From: a virus
Taxonomy: Duplodnaviria; Caudoviricetes
Length of the DNA: 64,000 nucleotides
Strand: one strand, 5' to 3'
Virus record (IMG/VR): IMGVR_UViG_3300009873_000008
Span: 1-64,000 of that record
The translations under genes and the position numbers were made by a program. Every line of letters begins with the position of its first letter. The first letter of the stretch is position 1. Below are positions 60,877 to 64,000 of this stretch, piece after piece. A model generated the notes under the pieces. It saw only the letters and a list, made by a program, of their open reading frames with translations. It was not told the origin of the DNA and searched no databases.

Positions 60877-62013
60877 TTATCCAGAGCGCTTCCGCTTCTT
60901 TGGCTTACCCCCCGACTCCGGCTCGGGGTCGGGCTGGGAGACCTCGGAGTCATCGACCAGGACGATGGGCTCTTCGGCGGGTTCTGAGACCGGCGACTCG
61001 GGAACTGGCAACTCCGGCGACTCGGGGGGCTTGAGATCGAACTCGGCGGACGCCGCAGCCACCACTGCGTCGTAGTCGGGATCCGGCTCCGCAGGCGCGG
61101 TCGCGGGCGACTCGACCTCGGTCTCCTGGTCCCACAGCAGTTCCTCCTTCTCGGCAGGCTTGGGACTGGCGGGCGCGGGTGCGGGTACCGTCGTCTTCGC
61201 GTCGGCCTTCCCGGCCCGAGCCATGTCACCGAGCGGGCGAGGCTGCGAGAACTGCCCCTCGGTCGGCGGAAGTCCCGGTCTCGGCATGGGTTCCGAGTAC
61301 TCACGCGTGGCGATCGTGGGCTTGACCACGTCACCGAACGGGATGCCGTAGAGGACCCGGTTGGTGCCGCGGCCATTGCACTGCCGCACTCGATCGGAGA
61401 GCCCCGAGAGCTTGAGCAGTTGGCCGAACGCGGCCTCGGTGGGCTTCCACGAGTTGACCTTGCCGGCTGGGACCTGCTCGGTCTCGCCGATCGTGACCTC
61501 CAGCGCGCACAGACCGCCGGCCTTGGTCATCGCGACCATCGCGCACAGCAACTCGACTGGATCCGGGCACTCGTCGAACCCCTCGGGCGCGAGCACGAGA
61601 TCGAACTGACCGAGCCCGTCGACGTGGGGCATCGTCGGCCACGCCTTGAAGGTGACGGCCGTCTCGGTCTCCTCTGGGGCGTAGATCTCGTCCAGGAGCG
61701 GGCAGACAGCGTCGAGACCCGCGTGGAATCGGAAGCGCGGCTCGATCATCACGACGTGACCGGCACCCTTGAGTAGCACGTGCGCGGCCAGACCACCGTA
61801 ACCGGCGCCCACGATCGCGACACGCGCGCCCGTCGGCATCTCGTACTGGAACGCCTGCTGAACGAGGCCGAAGTAGGCAGCCGGATCGGACTGTCCCGGC
61901 AGTTCGAGCTTCCCAGGTTCCAGTACCAGCTTGAACGTCAGGCGGTCGCCAGCGGCGTACGCGGACGAGTGGCGGAGCTTCTCGGCTGCCTGCTGAATCG
62001 TGGTTGCGGTCAC
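60877..62013 (-). CDS. Class I SAM-dependent methyltransferase-like protein with a Pro/Glu-rich tail
   Basis: VAIVGAGYGG...GA..V..IEP; FDLVL....PDP..LL..M....K.GG...LE; GTGA coupling. Confidence 0.65.
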   Translation of the reverse strand: MTATTIQQAAEKLRHSSAYAAGDRLTFKLVLEPGKLELPGQSDPAAYFGLVQQAFQYEMPTGARVAIVGAGYGGLAAHVLLKGAGHVVMIEPRFRFHAGLDAVCPLLDEIYAPEETETAVTFKAWPTMPHVDGLGQFDLVLAPEGFDECPDPVELLCAMVAMTKAGGLCALEVTIGETEQVPAGKVNSWKPTEAAFGQLLKLSGLSDRVRQCNGRGTNRVLYGIPFGDVVKPTIATREYSEPMPRPGLPPTEGQFSQPRPLGDMARAGKADAKTTVPAPAPASPKPAEKEELLWDQETEVESPATAPAEPDPDYDAVVAAASAEFDLKPPESPELPVPESPVSEPAEEPIVLVDDSEVSQPDPEPESGGKPKKRKRSG

Positions 62014-62726
62014 GCGAAGAGGCTCCTTCCGGTCTTGGCGTAGTAGGTGGCGCCGTAGCGGAAGATCGCGATGTTGGACGCGTCGTCCCAGTCGGTGCCG
62101 TTGGCGGAGATCACGCCAGAGATGAACGTCTCGGCGCCCGCGAGATTGGGTAGTTCTTCGAGAACGCGCGGACCGATCGACTCCCAGCGAATCCACCGCA
62201 GCGCTTCGTTCTCGTGTCCCGGAAACGGAATTGCCGTGAGCTTGGACCCGTCCTCGGTCACGGCGATGATGCCGCGAGGGCTGATCTCACCGAACTCATC
62301 GAACTTGGCCCACTCGACGTAGTCGAGTTTGTACGGCTTCTCCGTTGGAGGCGGTTCGAGTGATTCCAACACCCCGCGCATGGGATCGTCGGCACTGACT
62401 CCGCCCTCGTCGTACTCGTTCAGCGACAACTCGTACTGCTTGAGCGCTTCGTGATCGGTCTTGGGAATTCGCTGAAGCAAGATCTGCTTCACCGGCTCCG
62501 TCTTGTCGACATTCACGATGACCTGTTCGCCGAGTCTCACCGCGGAGAGCACATAGCCGCCCGCGACACTGAAAGGCGAACCAGCCAGCACCAACGCGAG
62601 CCGCTGGTCTTCGGAGATCCCGCCGAATACCGGGTAGGCGTTGAGACTCAACCCGACGTCAGGGTAGACGAGACGAGAAGTAGTCGGCCCGCTGCGAATG
62701 AAGTCGATGATCTCAGTGGGGGTCAT
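62010..62726 (-). CDS. Hypothetical protein
   Basis: 238 aa, coupled at both ends. Confidence 0.65.
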   Translation of the reverse strand: MTPTEIIDFIRSGPTTSRLVYPDVGLSLNAYPVFGGISEDQRLALVLAGSPFSVAGGYVLSAVRLGEQVIVNVDKTEPVKQILLQRIPKTDHEALKQYELSLNEYDEGGVSADDPMRGVLESLEPPPTEKPYKLDYVEWAKFDEFGEISPRGIIAVTEDGSKLTAIPFPGHENEALRWIRWESIGPRVLEELPNLAGAETFISGVISANGTDWDDASNIAIFRYGATYYAKTGRSLFA

Positions 62727-64000
62727 CCCGTCACCACCACGTCCTCGACCGGCCTCTTCTGCGGGCCCATGTGAGTAATGCCAGCAGCCTTGAGCTTGCT
62801 GATGACCGCGTCACGCTTCTCCGCGCTGCCTGCCTTGATCCTGGTCGCCCACCGCACGAAGTCGACCTTGTCACCGAGCAGCATCTCGGGTGTCGATCCG
62901 AAGCTGGAGGACATCATCTCCGAAACCGCGCGTTCCTGCACCGACGCCGCGCGTCGAGTGGGAGGCAGCCCGGATTCCACGTTTTGCTTGTTGTAGTCCA
63001 CCTTCGAGCCGTAGGAATCGCCGGGACGCGCCCACGTGGACGTGTAAGCCATGAGGCCCACATCGAAGGCGAACGTGCCCTGACTGTGGTACGGGGAGCC
63101 CTGCCTGTGGAGCCACGCGTAGATGTCGTTGCTTCCGCCGGTCTGGCAATCGGCCTCTGGAGACTGACCAGGTTGCGTGCCGTTGGGGTCCATGATCCCC
63201 ACGTTTGCTCGCCGTTCGGTGGCGATGAGCGCCGTGCTGTGGAGGACTGAGTCGAGCAGCGCGCTGTTGCCGTGAGTCAGCGTCGCTCCCTGCTTACGGT
63301 AGGCGTCGATCTCGGCGTCCGTCACATCGAACCTACGGTAGGCGAAGCGGCCCCCTCCGATGTCCTCGGCGACAGGCTTGTAGCTCGGATTGCGCTTCCT
63401 GGTGCCGTCGGGGTTCGTCTCGTAGACGACCTGTCCGTTCTTCGTCTTGACCGAACCCTTCGGAGTACGAGCCGGCATGAATCGAGGGTCGTAACCGACA
63501 CCCTTGTCCTTGGCGCCGCCACCGGACTCAGCGAACTTGCTGGCCCAGAACTCGATTCTCTCCTGAACGGTGCCGTTCTTCGGCTCCGCCTCGTAGTGCA
63601 TCAGCCCAGTGCTGTAGCCCTCGATCTTCCGCAGCCATGCCATGCGCCGCAGGTAGTTCAGTTCCTGATCCTGCTCAGTGGCCGGACGCAGGTCGAACCC
63701 GAGTTGTTTGCTGATGCCCTTCATCATGTCAGTGATCTGCTCGCGGGTCGCACCAGCGGGGAACTGAATGCGGACCTGTCCGTTCCGACCGGGATACTTC
63801 TGCTGCTTCTTGTTGCTCGCCACTAGGCCCTTGTGGTGGTCTGGCACGTACGTGATGAGCAGACGAGAAGTCGGCGACGCGCCGCCACCGGCTACGGCAG
63901 CACCGGTCACGACATCGGTCAGATCGATGTTGAACGTGCTCATCTCGTTCGAGTCCTTATCGTAAGACGGCTCGTAGGTACCGTCCCACGTAGAGCCGCG
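62723..64000 (-). CDS. C-terminal part of a large protein (starts beyond the window); terminal domain possibly ADP-ribosyltransferase-like
   Basis: Frame is open from 64000 with no stop before the track start at 63943; THG ... D..TGG..+Y ... DSYG ... PEML pattern. Confidence 0.5.
   Translation of the reverse strand, partial: RGSTWDGTYEPSYDKDSNEMSTFNIDLTDVVTGAAVAGGGASPTSRLLITYVPDHHKGLVASNKKQQKYPGRNGQVRIQFPAGATREQITDMMKGISKQLGFDLRPATEQDQELNYLRRMAWLRKIEGYSTGLMHYEAEPKNGTVQERIEFWASKFAESGGGAKDKGVGYDPRFMPARTPKGSVKTKNGQVVYETNPDGTRKRNPSYKPVAEDIGGGRFAYRRFDVTDAEIDAYRKQGATLTHGNSALLDSVLHSTALIATERRANVGIMDPNGTQPGQSPEADCQTGGSNDIYAWLHRQGSPYHSQGTFAFDVGLMAYTSTWARPGDSYGSKVDYNKQNVESGLPPTRRAASVQERAVSEMMSSSFGSTPEMLLGDKVDFVRWATRIKAGSAEKRDAVISKLKAAGITHMGPQKRPVEDVVVTG

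Noticed and set aside
1-64000. Genome-wide TAG reassignment
   Set aside because: Many genes end in TAG right before or overlapping the next RBS/start, and core genes are not fragmented; only 56930-56932 looks like readthrough
1-64000. tRNA, rRNA, CRISPR arrays, integrase or transposase
   Set aside because: No T-loop/anticodon cloverleaf, repeat-spacer array or recombinase motif was recognised by eye; tRNAscan-SE and a CRISPR finder would confirm

Overview
A 64 kb piece of a large, GC-rich (roughly two-thirds G+C by eye) tailed-phage genome with a T4-type head module. There is no CRISPR array, rRNA or recognisable tRNA. 1-13.3 kb (minus strand): portal with a mini-intein, prohead core-like proteins, a gp21-like protease fused to a scaffold, a gp23-like major capsid protein, an HNH gene, a free-standing Hint+HNH gene and an FHA protein. 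13.5-48.7 kb: about 70 small accessory genes in short blocks of alternating orientation, mixed with dCTP deaminase, NUDIX, thermonuclease, RNase H and a ThyX invaded by a homing endonuclease. 48.7-54.4 kb: HAD phosphatase, class II ribonucleotide reductase and dNMP kinase. 54.4-64 kb: a cluster of probable capsid-internal proteins sharing a protease-site-like motif, a methyltransferase-like gene and the C-terminal part of a large protein cut by the window edge. The most striking unexplained signal is a 10-residue amphipathic peptide (consensus D/S/T/P-Phi-Phi-D/E/S-x-I/V-G/A-x-L-D/E/N; Phi = hydrophobic), found by eye in 27 mostly unrelated accessory ORFs and in none of the metabolic enzymes. 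Other signals: a -10-only promoter GG-TA(G/T/C)(A/G)AC placed exactly 6 nt before at least 14 start codons, a GTAAG-N14-CTGTG motif, an in-frame TAG readthrough candidate, and hairpins that bury the translation starts of both homing endonuclease genes. All family assignments come from motif recognition by eye; no database searches were run.
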